Counted from the stretch's first letter, positions 8,227 to 18,610 are shown. The stretch is 60,522 nt of DNA from an uncultured Candidatus Saccharibacteria bacterium (GCA_964594735.1 CAZQMS010000001.1:1-60522); one strand, 5' to 3'. Made by a program: numbers and translations. The notes: generated by a model not told the origin, from the letters alone.

Positions 8227-9321
8227 CTAGCTGCGGCGGCGGGAGATACTGAGGAGGATGCCTGCGCTGCCGAGTGAGACGAGCATTGCGGAGCCTCCTT
8301 GGCTGATAAAGGTGAGAGGTACACCCGTAAGCGGGAATGCACCGAGCATGGCACCAATATTGATGAATGCTTCCACGGCTAGGTATGTCGCGATGCCGAC
8401 AGCGAGGAGTGAGCCAAACATATCGGGCGCATGTGTTGCGACCCGATACCCGCGCAGGGCAAAAGCGAGAAACAGAAGCACTATCACCGTCGAGCCTATG
8501 AAGCCGAGCTCCTCTGCGGCGACAGCAAATATCGAGTCGCCCATTGGCTCGGGTAGATACGTAAACTTCTGCACTCCCTGGCCGAAGCCGCGCCCAACGA
8601 GCCCGCCAGAGCCAATCGCGATGAGAGATTGTTTGAGCTGGTATGACTGCGTCTGTTGGTTTTCCCACGGCTTTATAAAGGTCATGATGCGCTCTTTCAC
8701 GTAGGGGCGGAACGTCGCGAGAAGTGCAAGAGAGACGACGCCTATCATGAGTGCTGCAAGTATCTGTTTCCACGAAGCGCCGGCGGCAAAAAATACTGCC
8801 GCTACGGACACGGCGATGATGCCGAGCGTCCCGGTGTCTGGCTGCAGGAGGAGCAGGAGCACCGGCACAGCAAGAATCGCGAGGAAGCCACCAAAACCGT
8901 AGGTAAATGTGCTCACCTTGGTTTTGATAAGGGAAAAGTACGCCGCAGCGAGAATTACAGCAGCGATCTTTATTCCCTCGGATGGTTGGACGGAGAGCGA
9001 GCCGATATGGAGCCAGCGCGTTCCCCCGCCATGCGAAAAGCCTAGGCCTGGTATAAAGACGAGCGCAGTGAGGGCACAGGCAAGAATAAAGAGGTGCGGC
9101 GCGTACTTTCGCCAGATGCGGTAGTCGATGCTCGCGCCTATCGTCATCGCCACGAGTCCGAGCCCGACGCCGAGCACGAGGTGGCTGAAGACAACCGATG
9201 ACATGTGCGACGCGCCGCGCGCGAGGAGGCCGAAAGCAGCCGACGCGAATATCAGTGTGCCGCCCAAGACGAGTATGCCGATGAGGAGTGCAAGCGTTTT
9301 GTCGAGGGAGTGCTTGCGCAT
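8227..9321 (-). CDS. ftsW: SEDS family peptidoglycan glycosyltransferase (FtsW/RodA)
   Basis: 364 aa, about 10 TM segments, conserved LPEPMGDSIFAV and FISQGGSAML. Called ftsW because of its position between mraY and murG. Confidence 0.8.
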   Translation of the reverse strand: MRKHSLDKTLALLIGILVLGGTLIFASAAFGLLARGASHMSSVVFSHLVLGVGLGLVAMTIGASIDYRIWRKYAPHLFILACALTALVFIPGLGFSHGGGTRWLHIGSLSVQPSEGIKIAAVILAAAYFSLIKTKVSTFTYGFGGFLAILAVPVLLLLLQPDTGTLGIIAVSVAAVFFAAGASWKQILAALMIGVVSLALLATFRPYVKERIMTFIKPWENQQTQSYQLKQSLIAIGSGGLVGRGFGQGVQKFTYLPEPMGDSIFAVAAEELGFIGSTVIVLLFLAFALRGYRVATHAPDMFGSLLAVGIATYLAVEAFINIGAMLGAFPLTGVPLTFISQGGSAMLVSLGSAGILLSISRRRS

Positions 9322-9322
9322 G

Positions 9323-10399
9323 TCAGTACGAAAGAGCCGCTATGGCCAAGATGACGCCCGCAAATGAGAATACGACCGAGAGCACCCAATACCGCATGAC
9401 CACTTTTGTCCCAGGCCAGCCGATGGCTTCGAAGTGATGGTGCAGCGGTGCGATGCGGAATATCTTGCGGCCAAATGCCTTTTTCCAGACGAGCTGCAGG
9501 ATGTCGGATGCGACGGTAACGACGAGCAAGAAGCCGATAATCGGCAATACGGCCACCCCCACACCGCCGCCGAGACTGTCGGTCATAAAGGCAATAGTCG
9601 CGAGCGCGAGGGTGAGCCCCATCGTGCCCGTGTCGCTCATGTAAAAGCGCGCAGGTGGAATGTTGAACCACAAAAATGCAAGAAGGCCGCCGACAATAGC
9701 TGCAGAAAACGCCGCGAGGTCTGTCTGCTCCTGGACGAAGGCGATGACTGTGTACGATGCGAAAATTGTAGCGAAGACACCGCCTGAGAGCCCGTCGATA
9801 CCGTCGATGACACCGGATGCATAGAGCGCGAGCGAAAGGAGAATGAAAAACGGCACAACAAATATGCCTATCTCAAGCGGCGCACCAAAAGGTACGTTCA
9901 CCGCTATGACGTCGAGCTTGTCCCAAAACCACCAGCCGATGAATAGCGACAGCAAGAACACGACGAGTAAGCGTACGCGTAGCGAAAGCCCCTGCCCGCC
10001 GGGACGGATGACGTAGAGGTCGTCGATGAGTCCCGCGAGCGCGCCGACGAGGAGCGCTGCAAGCGGTATCCAGGTCTGACTGCGACTAAGGAAGTTGAGC
10101 TGCTCGGCGAGTGGCAGTACTGCAGCGAGTGCTGCGATGCCGAGCGTGGTGAAGAGAACGCTTGCCCATACGACGATGCCTCCCATGCGTGGCGCACGCA
10201 CTTCATTCCCGATATGCAGCCGATTGAATTCTTCTGCGACGCGGCCGTCGTACGCGATTTTGCCCGCACTCTTCTTCCAGGCCTTGTACTTGTAGAGATA
10301 GTGCGTGAGGAGCGGGGTGAGTACGATGCCGATAATGAACGACGCTGCCGCCGGAACAAGGACGCGGACGATATCTGACAACATGCCCTCCATCACCAT
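9323..10399 (-). CDS. mraY: phospho-N-acetylmuramoyl-pentapeptide-transferase
   Basis: 358 aa polytopic protein. Motifs DDL..IR, NVDGLDG-like GIDGLSGG and APLHHHFE. Confidence 0.95.
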   Translation of the reverse strand: MVMEGMLSDIVRVLVPAAASFIIGIVLTPLLTHYLYKYKAWKKSAGKIAYDGRVAEEFNRLHIGNEVRAPRMGGIVVWASVLFTTLGIAALAAVLPLAEQLNFLSRSQTWIPLAALLVGALAGLIDDLYVIRPGGQGLSLRVRLLVVFLLSLFIGWWFWDKLDVIAVNVPFGAPLEIGIFVVPFFILLSLALYASGVIDGIDGLSGGVFATIFASYTVIAFVQEQTDLAAFSAAIVGGLLAFLWFNIPPARFYMSDTGTMGLTLALATIAFMTDSLGGGVGVAVLPIIGFLLVVTVASDILQLVWKKAFGRKIFRIAPLHHHFEAIGWPGTKVVMRYWVLSVVFSFAGVILAIAALSY

Positions 10400-10409
10400 A
10401 TTCTACCCC

Positions 10410-11390
10410 CTATTCTTCGGCTATTGCGGAGAGTGTGCGGTCGACAAGAGCACGCATATCAGTGAAGCGGCCGTCGATGGTCGAGCCCAGTACGATAGCC
10501 ACGACGGGCTGGGATAGGCCGACGTCGAATACAATGCCCAGGTTGCCTCCTGCGAGGTCTGTGAAGCCCGTTTTGCCCATGATAAGGCCTGGGATGTGGC
10601 CCAGAGCCTGGTTGGTGTTGAACGCCGTCGTGGTCTGCCCGGCGGTGTCTGTGAGGAGGAGTCCCCCTCGCGTAGTGCCATCGAATATTTCGGAGTGGAC
10701 GGTAGCCGCGTACGCAAAAAGCTTGGCGACCTCGCGCGCTGTGCCGTACGCACCGCTCTGTGATTCATCGACATCCAGCCCGCTTACGTTGAGAAAATAC
10801 GTACGTGAGAGGCCAAGACTCTTGGCGAGGTCGTTCATGCGCCAGAGCGCGACGGATCCCGGCGTCGACGATGCGTACAGCTTTCCGAGGTCAGCCTCGG
10901 CATACTCTGCGAGTATTTGCGCACTTTCGTTGGACGATGCGACAAGCGCATAATGTAAGACATCGCGGACTTGCCACTTCTCGCCTTTGAGGAGACGCTG
11001 ACCCCCCTCTGTAAATCCCGTGTTGTATGAGATTTCGATTATCATCTCGGGTGCAAGGACTTCAGATACCGCGAGCGCGAGCGGCACTTTCGTAAGTGAG
11101 GCGAGCGGCAATTGCTCGTCCGCATTCTTCTCGAAGAGCACACGACCCGTGTTGAGCTCGACGACAATCGCAGATTTTGCCGCAATAGAAAGTCCGTCGT
11201 ACGCAGTCGGTGCACTCGCCGCGGCAGCCGTCTGTGTGGCTGCAGGCGTGAGCCCATCCATGTAGGTGAATACCATGAAAAATGCCGCGAGACCGAGTCC
11301 CACGAGAGATACAGCGCCTATGATGTGCTGTTTTTGCGAAAGGGGTTCAGTCCCCTCCGGCGGCAGCGGATTCGGTGTTTGTGGTGGCAT
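10410..11390 (-). CDS. D-alanyl-D-alanine carboxypeptidase (S11 penicillin-binding protein)
   Basis: SxxK (ASLTKV), SxN (ASSNES) and KTG (GKTGFT). The ATG at 11390 gives an N-terminal TM anchor. The longer track ORF (to 11570) is Arg/Ser-rich and overlaps scpB. Confidence 0.8.
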   Translation of the reverse strand: MPPQTPNPLPPEGTEPLSQKQHIIGAVSLVGLGLAAFFMVFTYMDGLTPAATQTAAAASAPTAYDGLSIAAKSAIVVELNTGRVLFEKNADEQLPLASLTKVPLALAVSEVLAPEMIIEISYNTGFTEGGQRLLKGEKWQVRDVLHYALVASSNESAQILAEYAEADLGKLYASSTPGSVALWRMNDLAKSLGLSRTYFLNVSGLDVDESQSGAYGTAREVAKLFAYAATVHSEIFDGTTRGGLLLTDTAGQTTTAFNTNQALGHIPGLIMGKTGFTDLAGGNLGIVFDVGLSQPVVAIVLGSTIDGRFTDMRALVDRTLSAIAEE

Positions 11391-11946
11391 GGTCTTCACT
11401 CTCGAACGGACCTGCCTTCTCCTCGAACGCGGCCAATTCGCTCGATATTTTAGCATAATCGGGCAGTTCCTGCGCGCTGCGGACTCCCAAGTGCGCGAGA
11501 AGCTCCACCGTAGGCTGGTAGAGGTATTCGCGGGCGTCCTTGGGGTTGGGGACGCGCTCGAGGAGGCCACGCGCCGCGAGAGTGCGGATTGTCCACGAGG
11601 TGTTGACGCCGCGTATGTAATCTATCTGCGCCCTGGTCGAGGGTCCACGGTAGAGCACGATAGAGAGCACCTCGAGACCCGCGTCGCCTATTTGCTCGCC
11701 GAGCTCGCGCTCAAAGGCCGCCTTGACCGTGGGAGCGGCTTCAGGAGAGACGGCGAGCGCGACATCTTGAGCAGTGGCAATCACAGAGAGCACGCTTCCC
11801 TCTTTGCGTTGAATCAAATCTGCGATGGCGCTCTCGAGCTCGTCGGGCGTGCACGAAAGCAGCTGCGCCAGCTTCTTGCGAGCGACGGGCCCGCCCTCGC
11901 TAAAGAGGAGTGCTTCGAGCTGTGCTGCCGTGTCGATGGTGGTCAT
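11347..11946 (-). CDS. scpB: segregation and condensation protein B
   Basis: 199 aa. LEALLFSEGGPV and winged-helix repeats. Adjacent to scpA. Confidence 0.85.
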   Translation of the reverse strand: MTTIDTAAQLEALLFSEGGPVARKKLAQLLSCTPDELESAIADLIQRKEGSVLSVIATAQDVALAVSPEAAPTVKAAFERELGEQIGDAGLEVLSIVLYRGPSTRAQIDYIRGVNTSWTIRTLAARGLLERVPNPKDAREYLYQPTVELLAHLGVRSAQELPDYAKISSELAAFEEKAGPFESEDHATTNTESAAAGGD

Positions 11947-11950
11947 GGTG

Positions 11951-12676
11951 CTATATGCCGTACCGCGGTACGCCCGTACTCTCCAATTCTATCGTAATAT
12001 CTTCAAAAAGTTTCTCCTGGCTCACACTCGCGGAGCCGCTCCTCACAAGTTCGAGCATGGCCAAGAAGTACACGATGGTGTCGTACTTGTCTTTGGACTT
12101 TGTGAGCTCACTGAAGCGAGCTCTGAACGCGGTAGTGAGGCGTTGCTTGAGGCTGACTATCACGTCTTCCAGCGCGAGGACTGGTGCGACAGCGGCCTTG
12201 GCGAGCTGCTCCGGCTTTGGAAGCATGTTCATGAGTCTCGTTCCCGCAGCAAAGATGCTCTGTACGCTTGATTCCGCGGGAGAGAACACGGGAGGACGCA
12301 GAGGCGCTTTGCGCGGGAGCGCAAGTGGCGCAAGACCCCACTCATGCCGCAGCAGCTTTGCGGCTTTGCGAAAGAGTGCGTAGCGCGCGAGACGTCGCTC
12401 TAATTCTTCGACGGATTCTTTTTCCTCTTCGGAAAGTGTCAGAGTGGGCAGGAGCGTGCGGGATTTGATGAGGAGTAACGTCGAGGCGACGAGAATGAAT
12501 TGCGATGTCTCGGCGAGTGGGAGCTCTGGCAGCTTCTCTACATAGGCAAGGTACGCGTCGGCGACCTCAGCGAGTGATACATCGGTGATGGAAAGCTTGC
12601 GCGACTCGATGAGGTCGAGCAGCGCCTCGAGTGGTCCCTGAAAACGCTCGGTCTCTATGCTAAAACGATTACTCAT
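11951..12676 (-). CDS. scpA: segregation and condensation protein A
   Basis: FQGPLEALLDLIESRKLSITDVSLAEVADAYL. I use the ATG at 12676; the track ORF begins at a GTG at 12688. 8-nt overlap with the aspS stop. Confidence 0.85.
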   Translation of the reverse strand: MSNRFSIETERFQGPLEALLDLIESRKLSITDVSLAEVADAYLAYVEKLPELPLAETSQFILVASTLLLIKSRTLLPTLTLSEEEKESVEELERRLARYALFRKAAKLLRHEWGLAPLALPRKAPLRPPVFSPAESSVQSIFAAGTRLMNMLPKPEQLAKAAVAPVLALEDVIVSLKQRLTTAFRARFSELTKSKDKYDTIVYFLAMLELVRSGSASVSQEKLFEDITIELESTGVPRYGI

Positions 12677-14024
12677 GTTCCTCGCCACCTTCCTCTGAGA
12701 GTAGCTGGTCGATGCGGTGCATATCGCGCGGGAACATGGCCGCTTCGCGGATGTTCTTGAGGTTTAGAATCTGCATCGTCATGCGCTCTGCGCCGAGAGC
12801 AAAGCCACCTTCTGGCGGCGCCCCATAGCGGAAGGCTTCGAGAAACATCTCGATCTTCTTCGGGTCCATCCCCCACATACCTACGTGGTCCATGAGTTGC
12901 GCGTAGTCGTTGATACGACGGCCGCCGGAGAGCCACTCGACGCCGCGGCACAGGAGATCCATGCCTTCATTGAAGTCTGGATTCTCCGGATTCGGGTACA
13001 CATAGAAGGGCTTCTGGCGCGTGGGATAGCCGTAAACGTACACAAAATCCGACCCCGTTTCCTCTTTGAGAATCTCACAGATGGCGCGCTCGTCTTCTGG
13101 GTTGAGGTCTTTCTCGCCGCGTGAATCGCGACCCGTCTTTTGAAAAATCTTCTCTTGAGCTTCGGTGAGAGAGAGCGTCGGCGTCTCCTCAATCATGGTA
13201 GGCAGTGTAGTACCCAGAAGTTCCAGTTCACGAGCGCATTTTTCGCCGACCTGCTGCAAGATGTAGCGAACCGTGTTCTCTGACATGTCACGTACATCGC
13301 GCCACGAATCGATAAAGCTCATTTCGGCGTCGAGGGACACAATCTCGGTGAGGTGTCGCGTTGTGGCGCTCGGCTCCGCGCGGAACACTTTGTTGACGGA
13401 GAATACCCGCTCGAATGCGGTCATCACGATTTGCTTGTAGAGCTGGGGCGACTGCGTGAGGTAGGCCTTCTTATCGAAATACTTAACCTCGAATACTTCA
13501 GCACCTCCTTCGGCGGTCGCAGGAGCAATAGCCGGCGCTTGGAATTCGAAAAAGCGCTGCGACTTCATGTATTCTCGGAAGGAATCAATGATGACCGCCT
13601 GGACTTTGAAGATGGCTTGCAGGCGCGGATGACGCAGCGTCAGCGCACGGTGGTCGAGCTCTGTGGGGAGGTCGAGGTTGAATCCGTCGAGCGACATGTC
13701 GAATGGCAGTGGCTCTGCCTTCGCGAGCACCGTGAGCTGCAGGACTTCTAGCTCGATATCACCGTTTTGTACTTTCGCATTCTTGTTCTTCTCCGGTCGC
13801 TCATTGACCTTGCCCTCTATGGCCACGACGTACTCGAGTCGCGTCTCCTTGGCTATCTCTATGGCCGCGCTCGAAGGAAGCACGACACCCTGGACGGTGC
13901 CTGTCATGTCGCGGAAATCAAAAAAAACCATTTTCCCTTGGTCGCGGCGCACCGACACCCATCCCTTGATGAGCACGGTCTCCCCTATCATTTTGCCGAG
14001 GTCTTCGATGTATGTTCTTTGCAT
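12669..14024 (-). CDS. aspS: aspartate--tRNA ligase, short (archaeal/type-2) form; AsnRS not fully excluded
   Basis: 451 aa class IIb enzyme. N-terminal OB fold (VRRDQGKMVFFDFRD), FRAEPSATTRHLTE and GGFALGAERM. The SGGRRIN motif favours AspRS over AsnRS. Confidence 0.75.
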   Translation of the reverse strand: MQRTYIEDLGKMIGETVLIKGWVSVRRDQGKMVFFDFRDMTGTVQGVVLPSSAAIEIAKETRLEYVVAIEGKVNERPEKNKNAKVQNGDIELEVLQLTVLAKAEPLPFDMSLDGFNLDLPTELDHRALTLRHPRLQAIFKVQAVIIDSFREYMKSQRFFEFQAPAIAPATAEGGAEVFEVKYFDKKAYLTQSPQLYKQIVMTAFERVFSVNKVFRAEPSATTRHLTEIVSLDAEMSFIDSWRDVRDMSENTVRYILQQVGEKCARELELLGTTLPTMIEETPTLSLTEAQEKIFQKTGRDSRGEKDLNPEDERAICEILKEETGSDFVYVYGYPTRQKPFYVYPNPENPDFNEGMDLLCRGVEWLSGGRRINDYAQLMDHVGMWGMDPKKIEMFLEAFRYGAPPEGGFALGAERMTMQILNLKNIREAAMFPRDMHRIDQLLSEEGGEEHE

Positions 14025-14028
14025 AGGC

Positions 14029-14964
14029 TTAAATGGTGAGTCCGATTTTTGCTCGTACGTCTGTCATTTTGGCGACCGCGCGCTCGCGTGCCCTCGCCGC
14101 GCCGTCTTTGAGAATTGCCCGCACGTCAGCATCGCTAATGGAATTTCGTTTCTCGCGCATGGGTGCGATAAACTCGTCGAGGTCTTCTATAAGCGCCTCT
14201 TTGAGTGACTTGTATTTACCCTTGTAGGATTCGTAGAGCGATTGAAGCTCTCCTTCATTCTTCACGACGCGGTGAATCGCGTACACGTTCTCCGGCCTAT
14301 CGCCCGTCGAATCGGTGACGATACTCATGACGGCAGCCGCTATCTCCTCGCGCGTACCAAAAAGCGGGATGGTATTGCCGTAGCTTTTGCTCATCTTTTT
14401 GCCATCGGTACCCGGGACGGCCGCAACTGCCTCGATGATGCGCTCCTGAGGCTCTTTAAATGTCTCACCAAATGCGTGGTTGAATTTTGCCGCAGCCTCC
14501 CTAGCGTACTCGACATGCTGTTTTTGATCGGCGCCGACAGGCACGATATCGGTGTCGTAGAGAAGTATGTCCGCAGCCATAAGCATGGGGTATGCGAAAA
14601 GTCCTGCGTTGGCCTCGAGGCCTTTTGCGACCTTGTCTTTGTATGCGTGCGCCTGCTGCAAGAATGGGACCGTCACGAGGCACTGGAAAATCCAGCCGAG
14701 CTCTGTGTGCTCGGGCACATCTGACTGGCGGAAAATCACCGCGGACTTCGGGTCGATACCCGCGGCGATGTAATCCCGCGCAACATTGAGGATGTTGCCG
14801 CGAAGCTCTGCAGGATTCTTGAGAGTCGTAATCGCATGGTAATCAGCGACCATGAGCATGCTGTCGTACTCACCTGCAAGGTCGACGAAGGGCTTAAGCG
14901 CGCCGACATAGTTGCCGATATGTAGTGCGCCGGATGGCTGCAGACCTGTAAAAATACGCTTCAT
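14029..14964 (-). CDS. trpS: tryptophan--tRNA ligase
   Basis: 311 aa. GLQPSGALHIGNY (HIGH) and KMSKS. Confidence 0.95.
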   Translation of the reverse strand: MKRIFTGLQPSGALHIGNYVGALKPFVDLAGEYDSMLMVADYHAITTLKNPAELRGNILNVARDYIAAGIDPKSAVIFRQSDVPEHTELGWIFQCLVTVPFLQQAHAYKDKVAKGLEANAGLFAYPMLMAADILLYDTDIVPVGADQKQHVEYAREAAAKFNHAFGETFKEPQERIIEAVAAVPGTDGKKMSKSYGNTIPLFGTREEIAAAVMSIVTDSTGDRPENVYAIHRVVKNEGELQSLYESYKGKYKSLKEALIEDLDEFIAPMREKRNSISDADVRAILKDGAARARERAVAKMTDVRAKIGLTI

Positions 14965-14994
14965 AGGCGTATATGATAGCAGAAAACGACCGTT

Positions 14995-15864
14995 TTAGCG
15001 GGTCTCTGTGGCGGGCGCAGTCGCCTCATCGGCGCGCACGTTGACGAGGACGATGACAATAAACAAGGCGAGTGAGAGCACGAAGTGGTTGCCCATGCCG
15101 GCAATGTCTGTGAGCAGGTCCCAAATCGCGACAGGAATGAGCGCAAAGAGTGCGGTCACGTACGACATACCGTAGGTAAACTGCACGCCTTTCAGTCGCG
15201 CCAAGAGCCACACGATAAGACCACCGAAGAGTGCGACGAAGAGGTACCCGAGTACGGCGACCGCAAGAAGTACCACAAAAATAACGAACGGAGCGACACC
15301 AACAACGATGCTCACTATAGGCCGCGCAATCTCGACGAGAGTATCAACGGTCCCGCGATCTATGGTCTGGTTCTCGATGCTCGATACGTCGACGTACTGG
15401 TACGAGATGTTGGGCGGATTGCTGCCTCGCATTTCGTATTTGTTGATGAATACGAGCGTGCGCTGTGTGAGGTAGAGAACAGCGCTATCGTCGAAGAGTT
15501 CATCCACTGTCACGTCGGGTCTCGTGTCGATGACCGCAAGGTGCTCTGGTGTGGAAGAGCTCAAGAATTGCGGCGGCATCGCGACGTAGTATGGCTGCTC
15601 GACATTGGCACTCGCTTGCCCGTCTTCAATCGTAATGACGAGCTCCTCGGGATAAATATCCGCGAGGCGATTGAGTACGTCGTTTTGCTGAAATGCCTGT
15701 ATGGCAACGAACGCCATGACAGAGAGGACGAGCGCCCACAGTACCGAAATAGCTGTAAGTGCACCGAGTGGCTTCCCTACCCTGGAGGAGCGATTCTCGC
15801 GGTAAAACGCAGGATTATAGAAGCTGTTCTGGATAGTATCGAATGTTCTGCGAATGAATCCCAT
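14995..15864 (-). CDS. DUF1189-like polytopic membrane protein
   Basis: 289 aa. N-terminus FYNPAFYRENRSSRVGKPLG followed by TM segments; C-terminal multi-TM region. Confidence 0.55.
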   Translation of the reverse strand: MGFIRRTFDTIQNSFYNPAFYRENRSSRVGKPLGALTAISVLWALVLSVMAFVAIQAFQQNDVLNRLADIYPEELVITIEDGQASANVEQPYYVAMPPQFLSSSTPEHLAVIDTRPDVTVDELFDDSAVLYLTQRTLVFINKYEMRGSNPPNISYQYVDVSSIENQTIDRGTVDTLVEIARPIVSIVVGVAPFVIFVVLLAVAVLGYLFVALFGGLIVWLLARLKGVQFTYGMSYVTALFALIPVAIWDLLTDIAGMGNHFVLSLALFIVIVLVNVRADEATAPATETR

Positions 15865-15897
15865 ATGTGACTACTGTGACATGAATAGACCGGAAGC

Positions 15898-17532
15898 TCA
15901 ACCGTGTCGAATGCCGGTGACCGGAAGCTCGACCGTGAAGCGTGAGCCCTTGTCCTTGCCATCAGACTCTGCCCAGATGCGCCCACCATGCCCTTCGACA
16001 ATGGTTTTCGCTATGAAGAGTCCGTAGCCCGTCGAGTGGACGTTGATTTTCACTGACTCGGCTCCCTTGCCGCCTTCGGTGAATAGATTCTTCATGTCTT
16101 CCGCGGTTATGCCGACGCCAGTGTCGCTCACAAGGAGCCGCACAATGCCGGCGCTTCGTTTGAGTTCCACGTGCACACTTCCATGGAGCGTGTAATTGAT
16201 GGAATTCTCTACGAGGTTGCGAAGCACATGTCGTCGGAGCTTGTCTTCATCGCCGAGAATCAGAAACTCTCCCTGCGGTGCCGCAAAGAAAAGTTGGAGC
16301 CCGCGTGCGCGCGCAGCTGGTGCGAGGCTCGAAACAACATCGTCGACCGCTTTCGCAAAGTCGAACTGTCGCTTCGCAAATGAGACTGTGCCCCGCTTCA
16401 AATTCGACGCATCCAGAATATCGATAACTGTATCGACTCCCTTGCGCACGTCAGTCAGCGCAAGACCCGACATCTCATGGAGCTTCGGCGAGACTTGCCC
16501 ATAATCGCCCGAGAATATGGCGGCGAAAGCTGCCTCGCTTTTTGTAAGATACCCCTTCACCTCATGGCTGATGAAGTGCAAGAGACTCTCCTGTTGCCTA
16601 TTGGCCTCCCCGAGTTCTTCCGCCTGCTTCTGAATAATTTCCCGCTGCTCGACTTCCCTACGCACACTCTGAACAAGAAAATAACCAAAGATTCCCACAA
16701 ACAGAAAGATAAGAGCGTCAACGACTGCAGCTTCGACAGTTCTCTCGGTAAAAATCTTCGCGAATAGGACTACGCAAATGGCAAGCGTAATCGCCTGTGT
16801 CACGAGTACTTTGATATTAAAAAGCTGATATTTCGTAATCGCGTATGCCGTAAGCCCGAGAAATACAAGTGTGTACAGTGGCGTAAAGGGTAAGAACACA
16901 AGCGAGTTGAAGAACAGGACCGGGACGAGAATAGTGAGAGTGATGAGGGCAAGCATCAAGAGTATTCCTAGCAAAACGGAACCGAGCTGCCGTCTTGTTA
17001 CCTCAGTTCCCTTTAGGTACTTCTTCAAAAGCAAGTACACGGCGAGTACACTAAAGAGAGTAGAAACAATAGAAAAGGGGGCAAGGCCTGGCCCTGGGGT
17101 GAGTTGAATCGCACCATTTGATAATTCCACGCCTGTAAAAGCAAACGGCGACAGGTTGAGAATCATCATGGCAACTGTAGCGCCCAGTACTGAGTAATAT
17201 GAGCGCTTCGACAGCTGAATCTTTCTATGGGGTATCGTGTGGGCGAGAAGAAAGAAAAGTGCGCTCATCGGTGCTGCGAAAAAAATGCCAAATCGACCGA
17301 CGAGCAATGTGAGTTCTGAATATTGAGAATATATTGATATATGGCCAGTTATGTAATTATTCAGAAGCCAGAGCGATGTAGTGATGCTCAGCATTACGAA
17401 AATGACATTAGTTGCACTTTTTGAATCGCTACGGAAAACCCCGTACGCCAAAAACCCGTTCGTTACGAGTGCTACGACTAGCAGCACCAGCTCAAGAGAC
17501 GGGCTCAAAAGCATGAGGCCGGGAATATTCAT
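15898..17532 (-). CDS. sensor histidine kinase with N-terminal 7TM sensor domain
   Basis: 544 aa, about 7 TM helices. H-box FISHEVKGYL, N/G boxes (NLVENSINYT, DTGVGI, GYGLFIAKTIVEGHGG). The TM-coding part is only about 33-42% GC by spot count. No response regulator lies nearby. Confidence 0.85.
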   Translation of the reverse strand: MNIPGLMLLSPSLELVLLVVALVTNGFLAYGVFRSDSKSATNVIFVMLSITTSLWLLNNYITGHISIYSQYSELTLLVGRFGIFFAAPMSALFFLLAHTIPHRKIQLSKRSYYSVLGATVAMMILNLSPFAFTGVELSNGAIQLTPGPGLAPFSIVSTLFSVLAVYLLLKKYLKGTEVTRRQLGSVLLGILLMLALITLTILVPVLFFNSLVFLPFTPLYTLVFLGLTAYAITKYQLFNIKVLVTQAITLAICVVLFAKIFTERTVEAAVVDALIFLFVGIFGYFLVQSVRREVEQREIIQKQAEELGEANRQQESLLHFISHEVKGYLTKSEAAFAAIFSGDYGQVSPKLHEMSGLALTDVRKGVDTVIDILDASNLKRGTVSFAKRQFDFAKAVDDVVSSLAPAARARGLQLFFAAPQGEFLILGDEDKLRRHVLRNLVENSINYTLHGSVHVELKRSAGIVRLLVSDTGVGITAEDMKNLFTEGGKGAESVKINVHSTGYGLFIAKTIVEGHGGRIWAESDGKDKGSRFTVELPVTGIRHG

Positions 17533-17539
17533 ACCTCTA

Positions 17540-18610
17540 TTATGACAGAATAATCGGCGCGTGCTTAAAGGACTCTACAGTTTTTCGCGTGGGTAGACCA
17601 ATCCGAAACATCATGCCGATTGATTCGTTGCCGACCAAGTAAAAGGAACGGGCGATTGTCGAATAGGATTCGGTTATCATCGAAGCGTGCTCTGCTGTGA
17701 ATGTGCGCGTATCCCCTGCCCGCAATCGCTGCTCGAGGTACACAATTGCCGCTGTCGGCTGAATCGCAAGGCCCATACGCGTCGCAGTAAGCCACACGCG
17801 CTGAAGAGCTCGCCCAATGGCAAAAAAATCCGCATCGTTCTCCCCAGGGAGAATCAGTGCTCCAAAGGCAGATGAGGCAGTATAAATCGGCGCCGTTTGT
17901 TCGGGTATCTTTTTTGAAAAACCAATCCGGTTCATCATTTGTAAAAGCTTCCATGACCGCAAGACGGTGCGAAAAAGTACTTCCACCGGCAATGGTAAGT
18001 CCATTGTGCGAATGTACATGCCAGGTGTTCGTCGCTCAGCACGTCGAGAGAAGCGAATCATACCGAAAAGACCATCGTGCAGTCCGCGGTGCTCCATGAG
18101 AATGCGTTCGTTGACACTTACGGCGCGAGCCAATGTGCGCACTTCGTCCTTCGAATTGGCGAGTTTAAGAGCAATCCCAACATCGCGTGCCGCACCCTCC
18201 AGAGCGTGAATCTGATCGGGAGTCAGGGGGTCAGTTTTGTATGGCGCGCGATTCGTGCTACGTAGCGAAACAAACTCAGCAAGAGAATCAGGTTTATCGG
18301 CTGCTACTGAGAGTGTAATTCTTGCTACGCATCCTTCGGCTCCGTCGGGAAATGCCCGCACGCCAGCTGCGTACCCGAGATGTGTCGCCAAAATCCGGAT
18401 ATTCTCTGCCACCGCGCCAATCGCTAGGATGGAGCCACGTTCGCGGAAATTGTAGGGAGTAGAGTCTGCATCTTGGACATTCCAGATCTCTATGGAATCT
18501 TTACTACACGTAAACCTCCAGGGCTGTGCATTGTCACCTGACGGTGCGTTGACCGCTTCTTCGAGCACTTGCCGCATCTCTGTGGGAGACATGCTCATAT
18601 GTATATACAT
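17540..18610 (-). CDS. double-domain nitroreductase-fold FMN oxidoreductase (Acg/Rv3131-like)
   Basis: 356 aa. APSGDNAQPWRF near the N-terminus and a second nitroreductase-like half. Stops 7 nt before the kinase start. Alternative ATGs at 18598 and 18592. Confidence 0.7.
   Translation of the reverse strand: MYIHMSMSPTEMRQVLEEAVNAPSGDNAQPWRFTCSKDSIEIWNVQDADSTPYNFRERGSILAIGAVAENIRILATHLGYAAGVRAFPDGAEGCVARITLSVAADKPDSLAEFVSLRSTNRAPYKTDPLTPDQIHALEGAARDVGIALKLANSKDEVRTLARAVSVNERILMEHRGLHDGLFGMIRFSRRAERRTPGMYIRTMDLPLPVEVLFRTVLRSWKLLQMMNRIGFSKKIPEQTAPIYTASSAFGALILPGENDADFFAIGRALQRVWLTATRMGLAIQPTAAIVYLEQRLRAGDTRTFTAEHASMITESYSTIARSFYLVGNESIGMMFRIGLPTRKTVESFKHAPIILS

Noticed and set aside
8033-8773. 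246-aa alternative-frame minus-strand ORF across the murG/ftsW junction. Similar cases are 4171..4656, 39149..39937 and 40887..41492.
   Set aside because: These are frame-shifted shadows of strongly supported genes, with Arg-rich translations lacking motifs.
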